The notes under the pieces: model-generated
Database searches by the model: none
What the model was told of the DNA's origin: nothing
The model's input: only the letters and a program-made list of their open reading frames with translations
Translations under genes and position numbers: made by a program
In this document: piece by piece, positions 22,785-34,879 of the stretch
Layout: every line of letters begins with the position of its first letter
How positions within the stretch are numbered: position 1 is the stretch's first letter
Assembly: GCA_002269645.1 (NCBI GenBank)
Contig: NIVC01004565.1
Span: 1-41,841, forward strand
Source of the DNA: Macrostomum lignano
Lineage: Eukaryota
Length of the DNA stretch: 41,841 bases
Reading direction: 5' to 3'

Positions 22785-25700
22785 TTCTGAAAGCCTAACT
22801 AAATCTAACAAAGTTTAACAAAACCAAAAGCTATAGTAACTAGGTTTCTAGGTATGCAAATGCCATGACATCTTAATTTTCATTTGGCATCTTGAATATG
22901 GATCCCTGATTTGAAATTGACACTTTGTTTTTAAGATTGATGTCAATCTATGAAACTTAAAAATATTAAGCAAATAAATAATACGGTAAATAAAAATTAA
23001 TTTATTAAGAACTAAATGATATTAAATAAAAAACCAAACAGCTTAAGTCCCAAAACAACTAAAGAACATTTTAACTTTAGCTATACCTTACAGTTTAGAA
23101 TCTGAAGGGATTTCCTAGGATTAAAAATGTTTTTACCATTTATTAGCATATATGACATAGTAGATAAATTGTGTCAAATGACTTTTTATATTGGCGTACA
23201 AGCCGGCATACAAACAAAGTTGTGTCATTTTTTCCAGCAATAAACCTGGTATACAATAATATAAAATCTGAACTATGGGTTATACTATAGTCTAAATCAT
23301 GGTAGGCATATACCAGAATGAAATTTCATGTTCTTCAATTTTATGCTAATGTAAATATAAAAAAAATTATGTCAAGCCCAATATGCCAATTTTTAGAGAA
23401 TATATATAATTAGAAATATAAAACTTTTACTAAACTTTAAAATAGCTTTTTTGCTAAAAACTAATATTCTTTCTTCCAATTTTGTTTTCCTTGTAAATTG
23501 CATTAGTATTTTAAATTTTAGTTTCCAAATAATTTTAGAGCTTTTGTTAGTTGATATTTAACTACATGATTACATTAGCATTGTACTTGCCTATTTTTTG
23601 TATGCTGACTATGTTCACCTCATGTTGAACCTGAAAATTCTATATACCAAGTGTATACCAAGATTGTTAGTGAGAGAAAAAATATGCCAGAATTTTCTGG
23701 CATAAAAGCCACCTTCTGGACTATGGTAACTTTATAAAAGGCTTGTTACCAAATTAATTTGCTATTAATTATCACTGAATTTGCCTTTACCAAATTTCTT
23801 TATATTAAAATTGTGTTATCATTTTTGTCCCCAAATTTTCCTATATCCATAGTAACAACCATTGGTTATACCATAATTTAGCTTAATGTGTCATTGTTGG
23901 ATAGGCCCTATACTCTAGATCATGTAGTACATGCCCAAAAATTTGGGGGTGCATTGGCCATATACAACAAAAGTAAGCATATATAGTTGGCATGCATCAC
24001 TCCTAAGAAAAAAGTATATGTGCACACTTAGTTTTTACACTGGGTTTGAATGCCAATACAAAAAAAAAATTGTCATTTGACACAATATATTTGCTATGTC
24101 ATATATGATAGGAATATATCTTAATATATGCTTAAAATGATAAGACCCTTGTTGCACATTGGGAAATCCTGGCATAATCTGGGTTTTTTTGCCCAAGACA
24201 AGGTGCAAAATTTCACCTTGTGCCAAATTTCAAGGTGTGATTTTAAGGCTCAGAGTGCAATTTCTCTTGTTTCAGAAAACTGGGAATATATATATAGACA
24301 TGTCTTATATAAGGCCATAGGCATATAGGCTATATGACTTAATAGGTCATAGGAGTTATTTCATTTCATATTTTAAGGCAGTGCAAATGAGCTTAAGCAT
24401 GGTTAAGCCTTAAAAAAATAGTTATAAGATCACACCTAAACCGCACCTACTTTTTCAATTTCAAGGTGCAATTTTAAAATTTAAGGTGCATACGCACACT
24501 GCGCACAAAAAACCCAGCCGGCATATATGTTGCTTTCTCAATTATGGCTGGTAATAATCCATTTAAACAAATCTGTGAGTGCATCAATTTTCTACAATAA
24601 ATAATATAGCCCAAAAAGCCAAAGAATTAACCAAATTAACTGCCAAAAAGGGTATATTATACAATTCAAAAAAGGTCATTTATTGTTGCAATACAGGCAT
24701 AGTTTTAAGAATGGGTATATTTCAATTTTTTGGCATGCATTTGTAAACTATTCAATTTTTGTTTATGTGTGCACCCTATATGATCTAGACTATGGGATAG
24801 GCCTAGGTGCTGCACAGCAATGACTAAAGTTCTGACTAGAGCTATTGGAAATCAAGATTTGGACCAAGATGAGATTTGAGATAAGAAAAGTCTACAATTG
24901 AAAAATTTTGAGACGAGACAAGATGAGATTAATAAAATATTTAAAAAATATATAATATCTAATTAAAACAAATATACCATAGATTAGCAGATCCTTTGAG
25001 TCAATTTAAATCACCTTGTTATATGTTTGAAATTATAATAAAAATTTATATTAGTACAAGTTTTTGTCAGCATCTATAATGATGTTTGCATTTGCCATTT
25101 ATTACAATGATATAAAACTGCTCAACTAACCTAACTTATTATAGAATTTATCTATTTTTAAAAATCTTCTTGCTAAAATATTAAAATAAAAAGCATGCAG
25201 GTTTAAAAATAATATTTGGGTGTTTTGAAAAAATATTTGCCTTTTCCCATTTTTTCTTAATCAAAATTTTTGTTCTTATTTGCCTAAGGACCTAAAGGGC
25301 AAGGCGTCCAGTATTGGATGAATAATGTAACTATTATTTGTCCAGTACTGGATAAATAAAAGTGAAATTATTTGTCTAGTACCAGCTGAGCTGCGTGAAT
25401 TTATATGCCATTCTGCACATCTTTTTCTAGCTAGGTATACTAATGTAATGTTAGAGTGTCTTCCTGATGATCAGTCAGTACTGAGTTTGAATCTATAATG
25501 AAGACTCTACTCTTTATTGTAACAACTCCAAGTGTTATTGTAATAACTCTAAGTCCTTACTTTGGCATTTGTGTTAGAAAGCAGCAAATGTCATTATAAA
25601 TTTTGATTATACTATGATTACTATTTACTGTGAAACCAAAATATACCAATATATATATAGAACAAAATATAATAGGCTCATTCCATATAAGATGGACATT

Positions 25701-26302
25701 TTTGGAAAATAGAAAAAAGTCAATATTTTTGCTTGCCATTGCCTTATCAGCCAATTTTTTTACCAAATGTTTTTTATGTGTAATATCTACAATCTAAGAA
25801 TAAATGAATGATAAAATGTTAGATTAGTATGCTATCAAGTGGCAAAAAGTCATTTTTGTAAAAATTTAGACATTTTTCTAAGCAAAAGACATCATTAAGT
25901 TTGTGTACCTTTTAAAAACAAATAGAAAGCTTTGGAAGGTTGAAACAAACTATAGATAAAAGTATAGTACTTGCATCATCAGATAAAAGTATTGGTGACC
26001 AAATAATCTATTATATTTTTAATATATTGGTACCTCAAAGTTACTGAATTGACAGAAAAAAATATGTTACGACCATAATGTTACGACCATAAGGCTGCCT
26101 TTTCTTTTGTATCTTTGTTGCCTTTTTGAGTTTATATATTCTACAAAAAGAGTATGATTACTAAAGATGTTCTTAGTCAAATTTTAAAAAATGTATTGCA
26201 AAATATTAAAAATAAAAATGTTATAAGACTTTTACCTTTTAGTTTCTATATGTCAAAAATCCTGTTGTTACGACCATAAGTGCCATTCAAGGTTTAATAG
26301 CA

Positions 26303-29300
26303 TCCTATATACTAAAAATGGTCTGTCTGTGTCTATGTGATCGATTAGAGAAAAAATGGCTGGACCGATTTTGTTCGAACTTGCACTGTTCGATCAGAAA
26401 TTTTCCCGTGACTGTACATGCATCGTGGCTAAGAAATTGCTCGATGCTAAAGGCATTAAATATTCGAAAAACATGCTTTTTTGCAAAGGTCAAGCAAACT
26501 TTTCGACTTGAAATGCATTGTAAGAATGCTAGAGAAAAAACTGACTGGTTGAATTCTGATTCTGAAATAGATTGCATCATAACTGAATTGTAACTCCGAC
26601 TTGAATTGAAAATGCAGTGTGGAAGCGTAGCACCAGACTTGATTTAAATTGTGTAACCATATTGTTAACTGATACTGACTGACTGAGAAACTGATTATGT
26701 CATAACTGCTTCGTGTGATTTACTCTATGCTTGGATTTTAAAGTGTTGAATTATATAAGTGAAAAATTTCATGTTATCAAAACGATGAGAGCTAGCCTAG
26801 AGGTGAACAAACTGAAATGCTAAATGCAGCGACGATGGTTCATATTTTCATAGAGTGGAATATTTTTAATTAAAGCTTTTCAACGTCAGGAAAACTAAAA
26901 GACTTTAAAAAAAAGCGTCATATAAAAATCATAGATGCGTCATTTAAAAAATCATAGAAGCGTCATGTAAACAATCATAGAAGCGTCATGTAAAAAATCG
27001 TAGAAGCGTCATATAAAAATCGTAGAAGCGTCATTTAAAGAATCATAGAAGCGTCATGTAAACAATCATAGAAGCGTCATGTAAACAATCATAGAATCGT
27101 CATGTAAAAAATCGTAGAAGCGTCATGTAAACAATCATAGAAGCGTCATGTAAACAATCATAGAAGCGTCATGTAAACAATCATAGAAGCGTCATGTAAA
27201 CAATCATAGAAGCGTCATGTAAACAATCATAGAAGCGTCATGTAAACAATCATAGAAGCGTCATGTAAACAATCATAGAAGCGTCGTGTAAACAATGATA
27301 GAAGCGTCATGTAAAAAATCATAGAAGTGTCATGTAAAAAATCATAGAAGCGTCTTTTAAAAAATCATAGAAGCGTCATATAAAATCGTAGAAGCGTCAT
27401 GTAAACAATCATAGAAGCGTCATGTAAACAATCATAGAAGCGTCATGTAAAAAATCATAGAAGCGTCATGTAAACAATCATAGTAGCGTCATGTAAAAAT
27501 CATAGAAGCGTCATGTAAACAATCATAGAAGCGTCATGTAAACAATCATAGAAGCGTCATGTAAACAATCATAGAAGCGTCATGTAAACAATCATAGAAG
27601 CGTCATGTAAACAATCATAGAAGCGTCATGTAAACAATCATAGAAGCGTCATGTAAACAATCATAGAAGCGTCATGTAAACAATCATAGAAGCGTCATGT
27701 AAACAATCATAGAAGCGTCATGTAAACAATCATAGAAGCGTCATGTAAACAATCATAGAAGCGTCATGTAAACAATCATAGAAGCTTCATGTAAACAATC
27801 ATAGAAGCGTCATGTAAACAATCATAGAAGCGTCATGTAAAAATCATAGAAGCGTCATGTAAACAATCATAGAAGCGTCATGTAAACAATCATAGAAGCG
27901 TCATGTAAACAATCATAGAAGCGTCATGTAAACAATCATAGAAGCGTCATGTAAACAATCATAGAAGCGTCATGTAAACAATCATAGAAGCGTCATGTAA
28001 ACAATCATAGAAGCGTCATGAAACAATCATAGAAGCGTCATGTAAAAAATCATAGAAACGTCATGTAAAAATCATAGAAGCGTCATGTAAAATCATAGAA
28101 GCGTCATGTAAAATCATAGAATCGTCCTGCAAAAACTCGTAGAAGCGTCATGTTAAAAATCATAAAAGCGTCATGTAAAAAATCATAGAAGCGTCATGTA
28201 AAAATCGTAGAAGCTTCATGTAATAATCATAGAAGCGTTATGTAAAAATGATAGAAGCGTCATATAAACAATCATAGAAGCGTCATGTAAACAGTCATAG
28301 AAGCGTCATGAAACAATCATAGAAGCGTCATGTAAAAATCATACAAGCGTCATATAAACAATCATAGAAGCGTCATGTAAACAATCATAAAAGCGTAATG
28401 AAACAATCATAGAAGTGTCATGTAAACAATCATAGAAGCGCCATGTAAAAAATCATAGAAGCGTCATGTAAACAATCATAGAAGCGTCATGTAAACAATC
28501 ATAGAAGTGTCATGTGAACAATCATAGAAGCGTCATGTAAACAATCATAGAAGTGTCATGTAAAAAATCTTAGAAGCGTCATGTAAACAATCATAGAAGC
28601 GTCATGTAAACAATCATAGAATCGTCATGTAAAAAATCGTAGAAGCGCCATGTAAACAATCATAGAAGCGTCATGTAAACAATCATAGAAGCGTCATGTA
28701 AACAATCATAGAAGCGTCATGTAAACAATCATAGAAGCGTCATGTAAACAATCATAGAAGCGTCATGAAACAATCATAGAAGCGTCATGTAAAAAATCAT
28801 AGAAACGTCATGTAAAAATCATAGAAGCGTCATGTAAAATCATAGAAGCGTCATGTAAAATCATAGAATCGTCCTGCAAAAACTCGTAGAAGCGTCATGT
28901 AAACAATCATAGAAGCGTCATGTAAACAATCATAGAATCGTCATGTAAAAAATCGTAGAAGCGCCATGTAAACAATCATAGAAGCGTCATGTAAACAATC
29001 ATAGAAGCGTCATGTAAACAATCATAGAAGCGTCATGTAAACAATCATAGAAGCGTCATGTAAACAATCATAGAAGCGTCATGTAAACAATCATAGAAGC
29101 GTCATGTAAAAAATCATAGAAACGTCATGTAAAAATCATAGAAGCGTCATGTAAAATCATAGAAGCGTCATGTAAAATCATAGAATCGTCCTGCAAAAAC
29201 TCGTAGAAGCGTCATGTAAAAAATCATAAAAGCGTCATGTAAAAAATCATAGAAGTGTCATGTAAAAATCGTAGAAGCTTCATGTAATAATCATAGAAGC

Positions 29301-31283
29301 GTTATGTAAAAATGATAGAAGCGTCATATAAACAATCATAGAAGCGTCATGTAAACAGTCATAGAAGCGTCATGAAACAATCATAGAAGCGTCATGTAAA
29401 AATCATACAAGCGTCATATAAACAATCATAGAAGCGTCATGTAAACAATCATAGAAGCGTCATGAAACAATCATAGAAGTGTCATGTAAACAATCATAGA
29501 AGCGTCATGTAAACAATCATAGTAGCGTCATGTAAAAATCATAGTAGCGTCATGTAAAAAATCATAAAAGCGTCATGTAAAAATCATAGAAGCGTTATGT
29601 AAAAATGATAGAAGCGTCATATAAAAAATCATAGAAGCGTCATGTAAACAATCATAGAAGCGTCATGTAAAAATCATAGAAGCGTCATGTAAACAGTCAT
29701 AGAAGCGTCATGAAACAATCATAGAAGCGTCATGTAAAAATCATAGAAGCGTCATGTAAATCATAGAATCGTCCTGCAAAAATCGTAGAAGCGTCATATA
29801 AAAATCATAGAAGCGTCATGTAAACAGTCATAGAAGCGTCATGAAACAATCATAGAAGCGTCATGTAAAAATCATAGAAGCGTCATGTAAACAATCATAG
29901 AATCGTCCTGCAAAAATCGTAGAAGCGTCATATAAAAATCATAGAAGCGTCATGTAAACAATCATAGAAGCGTCATGAAACAATCATAGAAGCGTCATGT
30001 AAAAATCATAGAAGCGTCATGTAAACAATCCTAGAAGCGTCATGTAAACAATCATAGAAGCGTCATGTAAAAATCATAGTAGCGTCATGTAAAAAATCAT
30101 AAAAGCGTCATGTAAAAATCATAGAAGCGTTATGTAAAAATGATAGAAGCGTCATATAAAAAATCATAGAAGCGTCATGTAAACAATCATAGAAGCGTCA
30201 TGTAAAAATCATAGAAGCGTCATGTAAACAGTCATAGAAGCGTCATGTAAAATATCATAGAAGCGTCATATAAAAATCATAGAAGCCTCCTTTAAAAACT
30301 AATGAAAGTGTCATTTAAAAAATTAAGAAGCATCATGGTAGAATAAAAGAAGCGTCATGTTAGACATGAAAGGTGTCATGTAAAAATTAAATGAAGCTAT
30401 AGTGCTGGGCTAGGGAGAAAAACTGAGACGTCAAGGCTCACAGAGAATAACTGAGATTATGGGGGCGTTTCTGAGATGTCAAAGCAACAGTCAGAAGCTA
30501 CTTCAAAGTTCATTTACTTTACTCAATTTTTTTATTACATTTTTTGTTGGCTCGCCACGGGGGGGGCGCTGATAGAAGAAGAGTCATGTAAAAAATAAAA
30601 GTAGCACTATGTATACATAAAAGAAAAGTCATGTCGAAGTTAAAAGATTCATTTGGGAATTGCTACGATGTCAAAGCGAGGGAATCGTTATAGTGCTGTG
30701 ATTCTTAAAGAAGGAATCACTAAAATGTCAAGGCTTAGGGGAGAAGAATTGCTGAGATTCAAGGCTTTAGGTTGGGTTAAAGTTAGGTTTAGGTCAGGTG
30801 TGGGTTGAGGGTTATATTTTATCGGGTTTCAAGGTTAACGGGGGATTTTTCAGATTTCAAGGTTTATGGAGGCCATCGCTGACATGTCAAGGCTTACGGG
30901 GGGGGATAGCTGACATGTCAAGGCTCACGGGGGTATAAATGAGATTTCAAAGCTAAAGTCAGAAGCTACATGTAGTTTATTGAAAACTTTTTATTACATT
31001 ATTTGATGCCTCCTCAGGGGAGGGATCGCTGATAAAAAAAGCGTAATGTAAAAAATAAAAGAAGCTTCATGTCGAAGTTAAGAGATTCATTTGGGAATCC
31101 ATTGCATTGCTGAGATGTCAGGGGGGGAGTTGATATGTTAAAGCTTGTGGGGGGGATTACTGACATGTCAAGGCTTACAAGGTTTGACAGGAGATTTTTT
31201 AAGATTTCAAGGATACATGTAGCTTATTAAAAAAACGTGTATTGCATTTCTTTGGCTCCCCAACGGGGGGCGTAGATTGCTAG
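26303..31283 (+). mobile_element. Non-autonomous Helitron with central tandem repeat
   Basis: 5' end A|TCCTATATACTAAAA followed by GTCTGTCTGT and GGCTGGACCGATTTT, typical of Helitron-N 5' motifs. 3' GC hairpin GCTCCCC-AAC-GGGGGGC (31255-31271), 8 nt, then CTAG|T. Inserted between A and T, no TSD, no Rep/Hel ORF. Confidence 0.82.
26916..30290. repeat. 23-bp minisatellite CATAGAAGCGTCATGTAAACAAT, about 150 copies
   Basis: Tandem units directly visible. Homogeneous core at about 27400-28020, with variant blocks duplicated further right. Confidence 0.98.
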
Positions 31284-31608
31284 TCTATACTAATGATGAT
31301 ATCTACATGAAACTCTATAAAAATATTTTTGACAAAATTATCTTTCATTTAAAATATTGGTTTAGTATATTCTATTATTATATTTCATTTTATAAGTAAA
31401 AATAGCCTGTCATGTTACGACCATGCTTATATGGAATGAGCCAATAGGTAAACATTATATAAAACTTTAGGTATTTTGCCTTTGGCCTTCAAGGGGGTTT
31501 GCCAATTGTGATCCTATAGTATAGCACTATCTAACCATAACAAATATTTTCTGCTTCTAGTCTAAAAGTGAACTATATACTACTTTTTTAAATATTCCCT
31601 GTATATGA

Positions 31609-33817
31609 TGTAACCGCCCTTGTCGCCTGTCCGCTCCGTAGAGAGACGAACGCATGACTAGAGGGGGCAATGACCGTAGGCTGCCTATGACCGGGCAATG
31701 ACCTGACGGACCTCCAGCACCAGACTGTCCCGCCCACATGATTAGTAGCTTTGGTAGCGCTTCGTGACCAGAGGGCCAAGGACCCACATGGACCCCACCT
31801 GTAGCCAAGGTGCAATAGTTGGTCACTCGGTCATAGTATGACCGAGTGGCTGCCACCACTCTATGTGACCTGGCGCACCTGGATCTTTCTACCAGACCTC
31901 TCGAGGCTAGAGCCCCGCCTGGATTGGTTACCAGGGGATTTAGGCTAACAGGGGAGACGCATGCAGCCGAGTACAGGGACTCTGCTTGGGGCATGATCGG
32001 GAACTCTGGGCTCAATCCTGGAGGATTTCTCAGCAGGGGATCCTTTGTGGCTGTGAGCGAGGCTGACTTGCGACTTTGATTACTAAGAGTAGTATGAGGC
32101 GAACATGTACTGTCTACAGTTTAGATTGCTCAGGGCGAAGGGACGCGTTAGCATGGGGTTGCAACCTTCCTACTGCCATGCTGTGCCAAGACTCGCTAAT
32201 CCCTCTACTGCACGCACACGCGGCCCCGCAGCACGCACTCACAGGCGGGCTTTGCACGGGGAGAGGCCATTAGCTTACCCAAACTTCCTTATGCTTTGCC
32301 ACCCCGGGAGAAAGGCTTAGCAAGCCATGAGTGAAATGATGGTGAAAGATTGAATAATGATGAAGTTAGTTAATAGTTAATAATTAGGCCCTTAGGCAAA
32401 TAAGCAGGCAATCAGGCGGCTTCACTATTGAGTAAAATACAGCAAAAGATACGGTATCACAATTGGCTCAGCTCTCTAATCAGACAATGGAAAATAGGCA
32501 AACCCCGGATAAGCAAAGGCAATTAGAGCACAAATTAGTAGCAGGAACTTACCGGCAGCTGCACAGAGAGAGAGAGAGGCGGAGTGACCGAGGGCGGCTG
32601 TAGGCTGCAGTCAGGCAGACGGTGAAGCGGCGATGCGCTGGAGCGACGAGGCGCTGATGTAGATCAGGCGATGCTGATGATGCTGGGCGGTATCAGACCG
32701 CTGGCCGATAGGCGAGCTCACTTGGGGAGCTAAGGATAACTTGGCGGTAACAGACCGCGGGCCGGCAGGGATTCGTCTTATAGACGAATGGGTCAGAACT
32801 CAATCTGACAGCAAGTCCAAAGAAGGACGAGGAGAGGAACAGAGATAAACTCAGTTGAGTATTCTCATGCCGAAATCGCTTCCTTTTATAGACCTCACAG
32901 CCGCCTCCTCAAGGTCGTTACCATGGCTCCCTCTCTCTGATTGGCTGCCGGCAGAATGACGTCAGAATGAGTCATGATGAGAAGCATGAGACCGGCATAG
33001 CAACATGAGAAATCGGGAAATTGCGCAATCCGGAGGTGGGGTGGGGGGATAATTGGCGCAGCGGGTGGTCGCGAAAGTGTTGCGCAAGCAAACATTGAGA
33101 ACAATAGGGCTGGGGTCGAGAACAAAGGAATTGGAAATCGGGATAATTGGGGAAAACTGAGAACAATGGAAAAGTAAACATTGGAGAAAAGGTGATAATT
33201 AGGTGCGAAAACGAGAACAAAAGAAAGAGAAAATCGGAGAAAATGTGATAATTGGTGGGGTCGAGAGAACAAAAGAAGCAAAAACGAGAACAATAGAAGC
33301 GGAGGTGGGGTGGGTGTCACATGAGAAATTTGGGAAGGAGAACAATAGCGTGAGAAAAGGTTGCGCAAGAGAGGGGGATGAGTCATCGATGAGTCACCGA
33401 GGGGGAGAAGGGGTCACACGACTTGCGTCACCGTTTGGGAGTTTGAGAGGGGATGGGGAGACGGTGAGCACACAAAGTACTGTAAGTAGACACAGGGAAA
33501 GAGGGGACAGCGCAGGAAAAGAGTGCAGAGGGAGACAAAAAAAGGGAGGAGGTAGAGAAAGTACAGGAAGAATAGGGCGGGAACAGAAGAGATAGGGTAG
33601 AGGGGGAGGTACAGAAAGGGGTAGGGGCTCCGGAAAGGCAGGTGTGGCGGCAGGAGAGACGGGACCAAGGCAGCAGGAGGGGTGCAGCAGAGCGGGAGTC
33701 TCCAGGCCCGGTCGGAGACCTGGCCGAGTCTCGACAGCTCTGTGCAGAGGGTGCACGGGATAGGAGGCACTTTCAAAAAGTTCCCATGCCCTATCCCGCG
33801 ACCAGAGCGTGGTTACA
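31609..33817 (-). mobile_element. 3' LTR (2209 bp)
   Basis: Bounded by perfect 7-bp inverted ends TGTAACC...GGTTACA, abuts a PPT, and contains a TATA/CCAAT promoter. The second LTR copy is not in the window for comparison. Confidence 0.8.
32883..32974 (-). promoter_or_regulatory. LTR core promoter: AP-1, CRE, CCAAT, TATA
   Basis: TGAGTCA 32968-32974, TGACGTCA 32957-32964, CCAAT 32944-32940, TATAAAAG 32890-32883, in canonical order for minus-strand transcription. Confidence 0.7.
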
Positions 33818-33837
33818 TCACACCCCCACTGCCTTTT
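33818..33837 (-). other. Polypurine tract
   Basis: AAAAGGCAGTGGGGGTGTGA immediately precedes the TGTAACC LTR start on the minus strand. Confidence 0.75.
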
Positions 33838-34425
33838 GTGACGGAACTGGTTCCGTCATCATCACTGCCCAACATGGAACCACACAGACGGGATCGGGAT
33901 CTCAACCGAACGTGAAATCACAGAATTAACAAACCGCGAGCGGGAATGGAAAAAGGCGATAAAATAGAGGGGATAGCAATAAATTCACAAAACGAGATAC
34001 ATAGGTTGGAGTGCAATACAGAATTTCAAAAATTTCAACTGTTGCTGTGGCTAAAGTGGGAGGGGGGAAACACAGACAGCGCAATAGTAGGGAGAAAAAT
34101 AGCGAATTGTCAACAATAAATTATCATAATTGGATAGAAGCGCAGCTGGGAAAGAGAGGAAACGGGGAAGGGTGAGGGAAGTGGGGAAAAAGAAGGGGGG
34201 AAGGGTTGCTAGCACACAGCCAAGGGCAGAGCCTCGGGGAGAATGACGATTACACAGGGGAAAAATACTAATGCAGCGCAGTAAATTAATAAGCTAATTT
34301 CGCCGGGAGTTCAACCGCACGGAGGCCTAGCGTCCTTGAAGGCTCGGACCCCGCTTCAGCCAGTCAGAGGGCTTCGGGGCGATCGGTTGTAGGCTGGGAG
34401 GCGCCGCGCCGTGCGCTGGCCACTG

Positions 34426-34538
34426 TATAAAAGGCGCCACTGATAACGGGAGCCGGCTGCCTGCAACCTACACGGAGTCGCAGTTTCCAACCAAGGCACT
34501 CAGCGCGATTTTCCAAACTATACAACTACTCGGTAAGT
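34426..34538 (+). promoter_or_regulatory. Candidate antisense promoter (TATAAAAG) and first-exon splice donor
   Basis: TATAAAAG at 34426-34433 in GC-rich context, and CG|GTAAGT donor after 34532. Confidence 0.4.
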
Positions 34539-34879
34539 CCCATCACCAACCTGATTTCCTTTCGCCTATACGTTAAACGAAATCTACCCACTCGCCATGC
34601 CTTTCGTTTTAAACTGAGCCAATTGCAGTAATAATATATGGCCTTTCTTACGGTAAAAGTAGTGAGCAGCCAACACAGAGCCATTTTTAGGAATTTTTAG
34701 GATAATGACACAACAATGACTCGTATATTGGTTATTAAAGTTTAAAAATGAGTATTATGGAAGAACCGAATATTAATAGGATAATTTCACACACACACAC
34801 ACGACAAACACAAACCGCAAGGGGCGGAAAGGCGGGTCGGACCGGCCGGCGGACGTCGCTCAGCAGGCAGTCGGCATCC

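Noticed and set aside
25556-25594. Candidate SRP14 first exon next to a GTAAG donor
   Set aside because: The ATG frame hits TAA at its seventh codon, and the LLLSN frame has no ATG.
14166-30290. Short regular repeats as CRISPR arrays
   Set aside because: Units are directly tandem with no unique spacers, there are no cas genes, and the context is eukaryotic.
25464-32680. CTGATGA hammerhead-core motifs at 25464 and 32674
   Set aside because: No appropriately placed GAAA or enclosing stems seen.
31557-33929. ORFs inside the LTR (for example 31557..32015, 32895..33386, 33203..33595)
   Set aside because: No domains; explained by GC-rich or purine-skewed LTR sequence.
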